A stretch of DNA of 64,000 bases, taken from assembly GCA_032128115.1 (NCBI GenBank), contig JAQBHB010000047.1, positions 32,001-96,000 of the forward strand, read 5' to 3'. The stretch is from Deltaproteobacteria bacterium (lineage in GTDB: Bacteria; Myxococcota_A; UBA9160; SMWR01). The notes beneath the pieces were generated by a model that saw only the letters and a list, made by a program, of their open reading frames with translations, did no database searches and had not been told where the DNA came from. Positions within the stretch are counted from its first letter, which is position 1; each line of letters opens with the position of its first letter. The position numbers were made by a program, and so were the translations under genes. Below are positions 44,318 to 53,629 of the stretch, piece after piece.

Positions 44318-46273
44318 TCAGTCCGGCAGCGTGTACGCGATCACGTAGTCGCCGAGCCGGGATTCCAGGCCCACGTGGCCGCCCGGTGCGATCACCAGGA
44401 ACTGCTTGCCGTCGCGGCGCAGCTTGTAGCTGATGGGACCTGCGTGGAGGCCGGCGGGCAGGTCGAAAGTGGTGATCAGCGCGCCGGTGTCCGAATCGTG
44501 GGCGCGCAATCGCAGCTCCGGTGTGCCGGCGTGGAAGACCAGTCCGCCGGCGGTGACCAGAGGCGGGCCGAAGCCGGCGAGCCCCGGTAGGCCGTCGATT
44601 CCCGAAGTGGAGGGCGCCGTCCAGCGGATCTCGCCAGCGTTCAGATCCAGCGCCACCAGGCTTCCCCAGGGCGGTTTGTTGCAGGGCACGCCTTCGTGGG
44701 CCAGGAGCGTCCGACCGTTCAGGGGCGAGAGCCAGTAGCGATGGCCCGTTCCGCGTCCGGTCAGGGCGAACCAGATGCCGCGTAGACCGCCGCGCATGGG
44801 CTGGGCGTCGTCGTTCTCGATCGAGGCCGAGATTTTTTTGAGCCGGATCACGTGCGCCAGATTGTTCACGGGTATGTAGAGCCAGCCGCGGGTGGGGTCG
44901 TAGCCGGCCCCGGACCAGTTGGCGCCTCCGGCGGAGTAGGGATAGAGCACGGAGCCTTCCACGCTGGGTGGCGTGAACAGCCCCTCGTTGCGCAGCTTGC
45001 CCAGGGCCTCGCGGCAGGCCTCCCGGTGCCCGGGGGTCGGCGCGTAGAGATCGTCTTCCGAGAGCGTCTGGCGGGTCAGCGGCGGGGGCGCGAGAGGAAT
45101 GGGCTGGGTGGGCGACGTCTTTTCGCCCGGGATGTCGCTCGCCGGGAAGGGCACCTCTTCCACGGGAAACAGCGGCTCGCCGGTCGTGCGGTCGAGCACG
45201 AAGACGAAGCCGTGCTTGGTGGCCTGGGCCACGGCGTCGATCGTGCGGCCGTCGCGGCGGGCGCGCACCAGGATGGGCGGCGCCGCCAGGTCGTAGTCCC
45301 ACAGATCGTGATGGACCGTCTGGAAGTGCCACAACAGCTTGCCGGTGCGCGCCTCGAGTGCCACGACAGAATCGGAGTAGAGGTTGGAGCCGGGACGATC
45401 GCCGCCGTAGAAGTCGGGACTCGGCGTGCTCACGGGAAGGAACACCCAGCCGCGACCCACGTCGGCGGTGATGGTGGACCACACGTTCACGCCGCCCACC
45501 CGCCGCTCGGAGCCATTCTCCCAGGATTCGAAGCCGGGCTCGCCCTCGTGGGGAATCGTGTGAAAGGTCCACAGGATCTTTCCCGTGCGCACATCGAAGG
45601 CACGCACGTCCCCCGGCGGAGCCTCGGGTCGGATCGTGTCGGCGATGGAAGAGCCCACCACGATCGCGTTGCGCACCACCGTTCCCGGGGAGGTAAGGTT
45701 GTACTCCCAGGGATCTGCCAGGGGTTCGATTCCCTCCAGCAGGTTGACCGTGCCCTCGTTGCCGAAGTCGGGGCAGGGTGTGCCGGTGGCCGCGTCCAGG
45801 GCGATCAGACGCGCGTCCAGGGTCGTGAGCAGCACGCGCCGGGTGCAGGGGCCCGTGCGCCGCCGGTCGCGCCAGTAGGCCACGCCGCGGCTGATGATCA
45901 TGTTGGCGTACATGCGCGAGAGATCCAGCTGCGGGTCGTAGGTCCAGAGCTCGGCGCCCGTCTCCGGATCCAACGCGATCACCCGGTTGTAGGGCGTGGT
46001 GAAGATCAGGCGACCGTCCACCACGATGGGCGTGGCCTCGAAGGCGGTGCCCTTGTTGGTCCGCGTGGGGAAGGGCCCCTCGCGCTGGTCGCTGTGGCGA
46101 TAGGTCCAGGCCACTTCCAGATCCGCCACGTTCCCGCGGTGGATCTCGGTCAAGGGCGAGTAGCGCCCGCCCCCGGGCCAGCCCTCGCTGAAGGGCCAAT
46201 CGGCGGTGTCGGCCTGCGCCGCGCCGGCGCACGCCACCAGCGCGCAACCGACCCAGAGTCGGATCCGGCTCAA
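44318..46273 (-). CDS. PQQ-dependent dehydrogenase (glucose/quinate/shikimate family), exported, no N-terminal TM bundle
   Basis: RYSPLTEI, FEATPI, SRGVAYW, HFQTVHHDLWDYD, GGANW, PPWG; TTG 46273 with GAGGT upstream and signal peptide ending AQA. Confidence 0.92.
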   Translation of the reverse strand: MSRIRLWVGCALVACAGAAQADTADWPFSEGWPGGGRYSPLTEIHRGNVADLEVAWTYRHSDQREGPFPTRTNKGTAFEATPIVVDGRLIFTTPYNRVIALDPETGAELWTYDPQLDLSRMYANMIISRGVAYWRDRRRTGPCTRRVLLTTLDARLIALDAATGTPCPDFGNEGTVNLLEGIEPLADPWEYNLTSPGTVVRNAIVVGSSIADTIRPEAPPGDVRAFDVRTGKILWTFHTIPHEGEPGFESWENGSERRVGGVNVWSTITADVGRGWVFLPVSTPSPDFYGGDRPGSNLYSDSVVALEARTGKLLWHFQTVHHDLWDYDLAAPPILVRARRDGRTIDAVAQATKHGFVFVLDRTTGEPLFPVEEVPFPASDIPGEKTSPTQPIPLAPPPLTRQTLSEDDLYAPTPGHREACREALGKLRNEGLFTPPSVEGSVLYPYSAGGANWSGAGYDPTRGWLYIPVNNLAHVIRLKKISASIENDDAQPMRGGLRGIWFALTGRGTGHRYWLSPLNGRTLLAHEGVPCNKPPWGSLVALDLNAGEIRWTAPSTSGIDGLPGLAGFGPPLVTAGGLVFHAGTPELRLRAHDSDTGALITTFDLPAGLHAGPISYKLRRDGKQFLVIAPGGHVGLESRLGDYVIAYTLPD

Positions 46274-46292
46274 ACGGACCTCTTTCGGAGGG

Positions 46293-47474
46293 TCAGTCGC
46301 AGGGGGCGTACTTTCGGAGCGGAATGTCGTAGAGGCGGCTCCAGTTTTCACCCACGATCCGCTTCTGGCTTTCCTCGGAGATCGGCAGCTTCGTGAACGT
46401 CTTGACCGAGTGGGGATACTTGGAGTCGCCGTGGGGATAGTCGGTGGAGAACACCAGGTTCTCGTCGCCGAACCACTCGATGTACTGGCGCGCAGGCTCC
46501 TCGTCGGACTCGACCGAGAGAAAGCAGTTGCGACGGAAGTATTCGGAGGGCTTCCGGGTCAGGTCGCGGGCCTCGTGGTGGCCCACCCATTCGAAGTGTT
46601 CGTCCAGGCGGTGGAAGAGCCACGGGGCCCAGGAGCAATTGCCCTCCAGCAGGGCCACGCGCAGGTCCGGGAACCGCTCGAGCACACCTCCGGACGTCAG
46701 GCTGACGGCCGTGGCCATGATGCCCAGGGGTTGCGAGAACGTGTGCCACATCATCAGCTTGTCGAAAACCTCGAGCGAGAAGTCCGGGGTGAGATAGTTC
46801 TGGCCGCCGCCGTGGAAGGCGATGGGGATTCCCAGGCGTTCGCACTCGGCCCACAGCGGGTCATAGATCGGGTGGTGCCAGGGGCGCCGGTTCACGCACC
46901 CGGGAGACAGGAACACGCTCTTGAAGCCATACTCCTCCACGCAGCGCCGGGTCTCGGCCACGGCCGCGGCCACGTCGTGGGGCGCCACCATGCCCGCTCC
47001 GTACATGCGATCCGGCGCGAAGCTCACGAAGTCGTGCAGCCAGTCGTTGTAGGCCCGGGCGATCGCCGCCGCGTAATCGGGCTCGAGGCCGTCGTTGCCC
47101 ATCATCTCGACGCTGTCGATCCCGAGCACGAACAGCCCACGCGAGGGGAAGAGCACGGCCAGGTCGAGCCCTTCGGCGTCCATGGCCGCCACCTGCGAGG
47201 CCGAATCCCAGCTCGCGGCCTCGGCCGCGGAATACACATCGTCATGATCCTGGCGCCAGCCGGTGGCCGCCTGGCCGTCCCGGGGGCGCGGTCGCACGGC
47301 GCCGCCTCGCAGCACCACCCGCGACTTCACGCGCACCCGCATATCGCGGCGCCACTCAGAGAGGCCCACGGGGGCGGCGTGCCGGAAGGCCGGGTCGATG
47401 TAGCGCTGCCACAGATCCGGCGGCTCCATCACGTGCAGGTCGCTGTCGGCGATTACTCCATCCCTGAGCGACAC
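46293..47474 (-). CDS. Amidohydrolase_2 family protein
   Basis: DSDLHVMEP, FHGG, GVLERFPDLR, FSTDYPHGD; GTG 47474 with GGAGG upstream. Confidence 0.9.
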   Translation of the reverse strand: MSLRDGVIADSDLHVMEPPDLWQRYIDPAFRHAAPVGLSEWRRDMRVRVKSRVVLRGGAVRPRPRDGQAATGWRQDHDDVYSAAEAASWDSASQVAAMDAEGLDLAVLFPSRGLFVLGIDSVEMMGNDGLEPDYAAAIARAYNDWLHDFVSFAPDRMYGAGMVAPHDVAAAVAETRRCVEEYGFKSVFLSPGCVNRRPWHHPIYDPLWAECERLGIPIAFHGGGQNYLTPDFSLEVFDKLMMWHTFSQPLGIMATAVSLTSGGVLERFPDLRVALLEGNCSWAPWLFHRLDEHFEWVGHHEARDLTRKPSEYFRRNCFLSVESDEEPARQYIEWFGDENLVFSTDYPHGDSKYPHSVKTFTKLPISEESQKRIVGENWSRLYDIPLRKYAPCD

Positions 47475-47635
47475 GGGCACCTCCGGAGGCGGATCGAGGC
47501 CCCGTGGATATATCACGAATCCGCCCCCTGGGACGCGATCCCCACGGGGACTCAGTGGGGGAACCAGGGCTTGCAAGCGGGGCGCGGTGGGACCACGCTC
47601 CCGGGTTGCGCAGGGAGCGCGCGAAACCCCATACC

Positions 47636-49510
47636 ATGACGGAACGGAAAGGCATCGCGGGAGGGCCGCGCTCGTTTGCTACGGGCGCTGCATCGGTGGC
47701 AAGGGACTTGGCGCCCTTGCGCTCGCACCCTTCCGCGCCGGCGGCCGAGGATCCGCCGGAGTGGCACGCCACACCGCTGATCCCGGAGCGGTACACGATC
47801 CGCGACAGCGAAGAGGGCCGCTTCCTCCACTGCGATGAGGCGCCCCGGGTCCGCGTGAGCGTCGAGCGCAGCCACGCCTTCTCCGAGGCAGAGGCACGCG
47901 AGCTGGGCAAGCGGGTGATCCTGCTTGACGGGGCGGGAACCTTCCCGCCACTGCTCGACAACAAGGCCGCGGTCTACAACCTGGACCACCACGCGGGCTG
48001 CGAACGCACCTTCACGTTGGCCACCTGCGAGCAGGCGCTGCTGGTGGTGCATGGCGGGCTGGCACTGTCCGAAGGCGACTGGACTGTCTACGCCAACGAG
48101 CCGGATCTGGACACGGTGCTCGCCATCTGGTGCCTGCTCAACTACCAGCGCCTTCCCGAACTGAGCGATCGCTCGCGCAATGTGCTGATTCCCATGATTC
48201 GCCTGGAGGGTGCCATCGACGCCAACGGTACCGAGCTGGCCAAGTTGTGCGGGCTGTCGGATTCGGTGCGGGCCGAGACCGGGCGGCGCATCGACGGCCT
48301 GATTTCGCGGGAACGCGCCGTCAAGTCGGCCGGTGAATGGAACAAGGTCGACGTGCTGGAGTTCACGCTTGCGGTGCTGAACGACACGGATCGCCTGGTC
48401 TACAGCCCCAACGACTTCAGCGAATACGTCAGCGTCAAGGAGGTGTACGGTCACGTCGAAATCGCCAAGCGTCGCGTTGCGGTGGTGTGTCGAGACGAAG
48501 CGGGTATCTACGAGGTGGAGCAGAATCTCCAGAAGCGCTGGGGCGAGCAGCTGGGCATCGTGGCCCTGGAAAAGGAGCCCAACCACTACACGCTTCGGCG
48601 GCCGGCGCCGATCTCGGAGCTCGACCTGAGCGAGGCCTACGCCAAGCTCAACCTGTTGGATCCCGCCGTCGACGGACGTCCCCCGAACAAGCGCTGGGGC
48701 GGCTCGGCACAGATCGGGGGCTCTCCCCGGCCCTCCGGAACGCGCTTGAGCCCGGGAGAGCTGCTCAAGATCCTGCGCCTGGCGTATCACAAGCCCACGG
48801 CGCTCTCGAGCCTCGGCCACGCGGTGCTCGCTTTCGTGATCGGAATGGGTCTGCTGGTGGTGCCCGGGGTGATCGCCCTGGTGTGGAGCATCCTCCCGGA
48901 ACTCGAGTTGGCGCCGGCGATGGCCGATGCGGCCCGACTTTCGACCTTCTCCGGATTGGTGGCGCTCATGACCTGGATCCTGGCGAGGGGCCTCTCCGAT
49001 GGTCGTGTCTGGCTCTTCGGCATGCGCCGGCCGGTGTGGGGACGCTGGTTGCTGCTCTCGCCCGTGGCCCTGTTGGCGGCGATCCCGGCCCGCGCCTGGG
49101 TGCCGCAGGAGCTGTCTCTGGATCCGGCTGCGGCGGCCGGGGCCGCGGGTTCGTTGCTGCTCACTGCCTTCGCCGTGGAGTTCTGGTTCCGCGGCCTCGT
49201 CCACGGAACCATGCTCCTCGACACACCGATCCAGAGACCCGGCGGGCGCTGGTTCCTGTCGCGCGCGGCGCTGGTTTCGAGCGTCGTCTATGCCCTCGCC
49301 ACACTCGGGGCCACCGCGCCGTGGATGATGGTGGCGCCAGTCGAGGCGGTGGGCCTACCGGACGAGATCGCCATCGTGTTCGGCTGCTCGCTGCTGGCGG
49401 GGCTGACCCTGGCCATCATGCGCGAGCGCTCGCTCAGCCTGTGGCCGGGTGTCGGGGTGCAGCTGCTGGCGGGCCTGGCCAGCGCCGCCACCTGGTTCTG
49501 GCTGGCCTGA
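47636..49510 (+). CDS. Fusion protein: N-terminal DHH-like soluble domain + C-terminal degenerate CPBP (Abi/CAAX) membrane domain
   Basis: NLDHH, NEPDLDT, WGGSAQIGGSPR in the N-terminal half; multiple TM helices with VEFWFRG and RERSLSLWP in the C-terminal half. Confidence 0.65.
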   Translation: MTERKGIAGGPRSFATGAASVARDLAPLRSHPSAPAAEDPPEWHATPLIPERYTIRDSEEGRFLHCDEAPRVRVSVERSHAFSEAEARELGKRVILLDGAGTFPPLLDNKAAVYNLDHHAGCERTFTLATCEQALLVVHGGLALSEGDWTVYANEPDLDTVLAIWCLLNYQRLPELSDRSRNVLIPMIRLEGAIDANGTELAKLCGLSDSVRAETGRRIDGLISRERAVKSAGEWNKVDVLEFTLAVLNDTDRLVYSPNDFSEYVSVKEVYGHVEIAKRRVAVVCRDEAGIYEVEQNLQKRWGEQLGIVALEKEPNHYTLRRPAPISELDLSEAYAKLNLLDPAVDGRPPNKRWGGSAQIGGSPRPSGTRLSPGELLKILRLAYHKPTALSSLGHAVLAFVIGMGLLVVPGVIALVWSILPELELAPAMADAARLSTFSGLVALMTWILARGLSDGRVWLFGMRRPVWGRWLLLSPVALLAAIPARAWVPQELSLDPAAAAGAAGSLLLTAFAVEFWFRGLVHGTMLLDTPIQRPGGRWFLSRAALVSSVVYALATLGATAPWMMVAPVEAVGLPDEIAIVFGCSLLAGLTLAIMRERSLSLWPGVGVQLLAGLASAATWFWLA

Positions 49511-49517
49511 GGCCTCT

Positions 49518-49871
49518 TCAGCGGCGACGGGTTTTCACGTGGACGCCCAGGTCGGGAGCCACGTCCACCTGGACCGAGTAGCCGGCGACCGGGCCGAATC
49601 GGCCCTGCTGCGCCACTTCGTGGATCTCGGCATCGGCGGCGAACGTGAGTCCCAGCCCTGATTCGCCCCGGGGCAGCACTTGAAGAAGCACCCGCTCGCC
49701 AGCTCCGATCCGCGGGATGGTCTCCAGGAAACCGGCGCCCCACACGATGACGCTCTCGAGCGTCCGGTCCGATCGGTTGTGGATCCAGACCGTCGAGTTC
49801 CGCGGCGGCGCAACTGCCAGGATTGCGGCGATCAACGCGGCCAGGAGCGACGGAAGCAGCCATCGGGTCAT
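49518..49871 (-). CDS. Small exported/membrane-anchored hypothetical protein
   Basis: N-terminal hydrophobic helix then a beta-rich domain (VWIHNRS...PRGES). Confidence 0.55.
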   Translation of the reverse strand: MTRWLLPSLLAALIAAILAVAPPRNSTVWIHNRSDRTLESVIVWGAGFLETIPRIGAGERVLLQVLPRGESGLGLTFAADAEIHEVAQQGRFGPVAGYSVQVDVAPDLGVHVKTRRR

Positions 49872-49920
49872 CACCGGAAACAGGATAGCGGCGAGTGCCG
49901 GCCACGGGGCGGTGGTGTAT

Positions 49921-51669
49921 ATGAGGACCGTGAGAGAATCCGAGGCGCCCGAGAACGCACCGGGGCCCGGCGACCCCGCACCCACGCCGCCGGTCGGTCG
50001 CCGCGCGTGGCTGCTGCTGGCGTTGCTCGCGTCCGGCTACGCCTTTCTCGCCGTTCACAGCCTGCTCCAGAAGTCGGTCACCGTCGATGAGCTGGGCCAT
50101 CTGCCGGCCGGCTACTACTTCCTGCGCAGCGGTGAATCGCGGTTCAGCTCCCTGAATCCGCCGCTGGTCAACGCTCTCAGCGCGCTCCCCGTGGTCCTGA
50201 TGAGGCCGGAGCCCGAGGCGCAGGTCAAATCCGTCCAGCATCCAGGGCGCGAGGCCTTCTGGGGCAACGGCTACCGGTTCATGTTCCAGCACGCCACGAA
50301 CTACCGCACCTATTACACCGTGGGCCGTTGCGTCACGGTGGCGCTGGTCGGCGTGTTGGGAGTGATCCTGTTCCTGTGGGCACGCGCCCTGTGCCCCATG
50401 CGTGCGGACCTGGCCGGGCTGCTTGCGGCCGGCCTGCTGTGGTATTCGCCGGGGGTGCTGGCGCACGCGCGCCTGGTGACCACCGACGCCGGCTCGGCCC
50501 TGTTCATCAGCGCCGCGCTCTGGAGCCTGCACGGTTTCCTGCGCCGACCCAACGACTCGCGCATGCTCACCTGCGGGCTGGCCCTGGGCCTGGCCCAGCT
50601 TTCCAAATTCTACGCCCTGTTCCTATATCCGGTCTTCATCGTGGTGGCAGTCGTCTGGCTGCGCGGTTGGGATCGCTATGCCTACCGGCGCGCCGCCTGG
50701 GGGGTGCTGGGCGCGTTCGCCGTGAGTCTGCTGGTCTTGAATGCCGGCTACCTGTTCCAGGGGTCGGGGGCGTCGCTTGCCCTGTACGAATTCCAGAGCG
50801 AACGCATGCAGACACTGGCCTCGGTGCTTCCCGCTGGACTGCGGGTGCCGCTACCGGGCTCCTTCATGATCGGGCTCGACGCCCAGATGGGGGAGGTCGA
50901 ATCCGACATCCCCTCGTTTTTGTGGGGCGAAACCTTCTCGGGAGGGCGCTGGTACTACTTCCTGGCCCTGATTCCGATCAAGACGCCGATTCCGCTGCTG
51001 CTGATTGCGGGAATCGCAGTCGCGCTCGCCATTCGCGAGCGAGCGTGGACCCCGCGAGAGCTGGTGCTGCTGCTCTTCTTCCCGGTTTCGTTCTTCCTGT
51101 TCCTGTCGTTGGCCGATCAGCGCCAGTTGGGTCTGCGCGCGTTGCTGACGGTGGCTCCCCTGTGGTGGCTCTGGGTGGCCGCCACCCTGGCGCGCACGCT
51201 GTCGGGACTGAAGCAGTGGTCGGCGGTGGCGGTGCTGCTGATCTGGACGGGGGTCGAGACGCTGGTTGCCCATCCGGACTACCTGTCGTACTTCAACCAG
51301 ACCATCGGCGGCTCGGACCAGGGCTATCGCTACGCGGCGGGGTCGGATCTCGACTGGGGTCAGGATCTGGTGGGGCTGAGGCGCTTCCAGGAGGAACAGG
51401 GGGGCGAGCCGCTGCAGCTGCTCTACTTCGGCAGCGTGGCTCCGACGATCTACGGCATCGACTACAAGGTTCCCGAGGCGACACTCGAGCCCGGCCTGCT
51501 GGCGGTGAGCACGACGCTCTATCACCGGCGCTACCCCATGTTCGACCGCGGCGCCCTGCGAGCCGTGGGCCCCGTCGACATCGAAGCCGCCGGACTCGGA
51601 GATCCCGTGGCCCGCATCGGAAACTCCATCCACGTGTATCGCATTCCCGAGGGCGCCCCTCCCCAATGA
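49921..51669 (+). CDS. GT-C fold glycosyltransferase (family 39/ArnT-like)
   Basis: TVDELGHLPAG, NPPL, HARLVTTD, YLSYFN, DLDWGQDL; many TM helices. Confidence 0.85.
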   Translation: MRTVRESEAPENAPGPGDPAPTPPVGRRAWLLLALLASGYAFLAVHSLLQKSVTVDELGHLPAGYYFLRSGESRFSSLNPPLVNALSALPVVLMRPEPEAQVKSVQHPGREAFWGNGYRFMFQHATNYRTYYTVGRCVTVALVGVLGVILFLWARALCPMRADLAGLLAAGLLWYSPGVLAHARLVTTDAGSALFISAALWSLHGFLRRPNDSRMLTCGLALGLAQLSKFYALFLYPVFIVVAVVWLRGWDRYAYRRAAWGVLGAFAVSLLVLNAGYLFQGSGASLALYEFQSERMQTLASVLPAGLRVPLPGSFMIGLDAQMGEVESDIPSFLWGETFSGGRWYYFLALIPIKTPIPLLLIAGIAVALAIRERAWTPRELVLLLFFPVSFFLFLSLADQRQLGLRALLTVAPLWWLWVAATLARTLSGLKQWSAVAVLLIWTGVETLVAHPDYLSYFNQTIGGSDQGYRYAAGSDLDWGQDLVGLRRFQEEQGGEPLQLLYFGSVAPTIYGIDYKVPEATLEPGLLAVSTTLYHRRYPMFDRGALRAVGPVDIEAAGLGDPVARIGNSIHVYRIPEGAPPQ

Positions 51670-53234
51670 TCCCGAGTTCGCGAACGCGGCGGGCGGCGGC
51701 GTCCTCACTGCTGCTGGCTGGCCTGGCCTGCAGTGGGGGCGACGCCTCCCCGACCCGCGACCCTGCTCTCCCCAACATCCTTTGGGTGGTATGGGACACC
51801 GTCCGCGCCGATCACCTGAGCCTGTACGGCTATGCCCGCACCACCACGCCGCGGCTGGACGCCTGGGCCCAGGGCGCCCGGGTCTTCGAAGACGTCACTT
51901 CGGCCGCAGGCTACACGCTGCCCTCCCACGCCTCCATGTTCACGGGCCTGATGCCCAGTGAGCACTGCGCCCACAACGATCACAAGCGACTCGACGACCG
52001 CTACGACACGGTTGCCGAGCTTCTCGGCGGCGCGGGCTACCGGACCTTCCTGTACTCGGCAAATCCCCACATCAGCGGCGGCTCGCGAAACTTCGACCAG
52101 GGTTTCGACGCGACGTCGCAGCCCTACAGCAGGGAATGGAGCGGTGAGGCCGAACGCGTGATCCGGGAGAAGCTCGAGCGCGATGACCGCAGCAGCGAAT
52201 TCCCGTCGCGGTTCCGCGCCGCAGACCGCGGCCGCGGGCTGCTGAACGCCTGGGACCTGAAGGCGGCGGGACCGGTGGCGGGCAAGGCGCTCCTCCAGTG
52301 GCTGGAAGCCAGCGACCCAGAACGGCCGTACTTCGCGTTCCTGAACTACATGGAGGCGCACCCGCCCTACATCCCCTCTCGCGAGCACCGACGGCGGGTG
52401 ATGTCGGAAGACGATGTGGGCCGCTCGTACCGGGTGGATCGGTCCTGGCTGCGCGTCTGGGAATACACCTTCGGGCTTGGCGAATTCTCGGACGAAGACC
52501 TGGAACTCACCCGCGCCACCTACGACGCCACCCTGGGAGAGCTGGACGATCTGTTGGCGGAGTTGCTGGAAGCGCTGGACGACGAGGGTTTCCTGGACAA
52601 TACGGTGGTGGTGCTCACTTCCGATCACGGCGAACACCTGGGTGAGCAGCACATGCTCGACCACCAGTACTCGCTCTACGAGCCGATCCTCCGGGTTCCG
52701 CTCGTGATCCACTTCCCCAGCCGCTTCGAGCCCGGGCGCGACGACCGCCCCGTGATGAACATGGACGTGTTTGCGACGCTTCTGGAGCTCGCCGGCATCG
52801 AGGTTCCGGCCGGGACGCGGGCGGTGAGCCTGCTCGATCCGGAGCCTTCGCGGGTTCGCCTGGCCGAGGAGCCCGCGCGCACGGCGGTGGGCATGCCTCC
52901 GGTGCAGGAGCGGCACCCGGACTGGGATCCCAGCCCCTACCAGCGCCAGATCCGGACCCTGACGGATCCTCCCTACAAGTACATCTGGGGCTCTGACGGG
53001 CGCAACGCACTCTTCGACCTGGAACACGATCCGGGCGAGGAGCGCAACCTGATCGAAGACGAGGCCGAGGTCGCTGGGCGCCTGGCCGCCGCTCTCGAGG
53101 CGCAGCGCGCGGCCCTGGCCCGATGCGATGTCGAGGCGGACGACATCCCGACCGATCCGTCGGATGAGAAGCGCCTGCTCGAAGGACTCGGCTACGTGGA
53201 GCCCGACGACTCGGCGACCCGCTCCGGGAACTAG
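51666..53234 (+). CDS. Sulfatase-like / alkaline-phosphatase-superfamily lipoprotein with Thr-type signature
   Basis: Lipobox GLAC, DTVRADHL, YTLPSHASMFTG, TSDHGE, LEGLGYV; ATGA overlap with the GT gene. Confidence 0.85.
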   Translation: MIPSSRTRRAAASSLLLAGLACSGGDASPTRDPALPNILWVVWDTVRADHLSLYGYARTTTPRLDAWAQGARVFEDVTSAAGYTLPSHASMFTGLMPSEHCAHNDHKRLDDRYDTVAELLGGAGYRTFLYSANPHISGGSRNFDQGFDATSQPYSREWSGEAERVIREKLERDDRSSEFPSRFRAADRGRGLLNAWDLKAAGPVAGKALLQWLEASDPERPYFAFLNYMEAHPPYIPSREHRRRVMSEDDVGRSYRVDRSWLRVWEYTFGLGEFSDEDLELTRATYDATLGELDDLLAELLEALDDEGFLDNTVVVLTSDHGEHLGEQHMLDHQYSLYEPILRVPLVIHFPSRFEPGRDDRPVMNMDVFATLLELAGIEVPAGTRAVSLLDPEPSRVRLAEEPARTAVGMPPVQERHPDWDPSPYQRQIRTLTDPPYKYIWGSDGRNALFDLEHDPGEERNLIEDEAEVAGRLAAALEAQRAALARCDVEADDIPTDPSDEKRLLEGLGYVEPDDSATRSGN

Positions 53235-53237
53235 CCA

Positions 53238-53522
53238 TTGACCCGGCTGCAGATCAAGGTGGTTCCCGCATCCTCGCGTGACGGCATCGCGGGATGGCTC
53301 GGTGAAAGCCTCAAGGTCCGTGTGCGGGCACCCGCCGAGCGGGGCAAGGCGAACGCAGCGGCGGAGAAGGTCGTTGCCGAAGCGCTCGGCGTGCCGAGAG
53401 ACTGCGCTCGCGTGATTGCCGGGTGGACTTCCCCGCAAAAGGTCATGGAGATCTCGGATCTCTCCGAATCCGAGATCCGTCGCCGACTCTCGAAGTCGGC
53501 GGCGGCGTCCGAGGAGCCGTGA
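53238..53522 (+). CDS. DUF167 (YggU-like) protein
   Basis: LQIKVVP, LKVRVRAPAERGKAN, GWTSPQK. Confidence 0.88.
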   Translation: MTRLQIKVVPASSRDGIAGWLGESLKVRVRAPAERGKANAAAEKVVAEALGVPRDCARVIAGWTSPQKVMEISDLSESEIRRRLSKSAAASEEP

Positions 53523-53629
53523 ACACCGCGATCGCCTGATTCCGGGTGTTTTCTCCTCCACAAGGAGGCCCCTTGGACTCCTCACGCGTTCCTGCCGTGT
53601 GTACGATAAGGGGGGCCTGGGGTGGGCGG

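Noticed and set aside
43875..46247. 790-aa ORF ending in HspQ (apparent fusion)
   Set aside because: The upstream part is an alternative frame of the PQQ dehydrogenase; only the last ~100-110 codons are HspQ
50328..53234. 968-aa sulfatase with a long N-terminal extension
   Set aside because: The extension is an off-frame reading of the glycosyltransferase; the real start is 51666, with a lipoprotein signal
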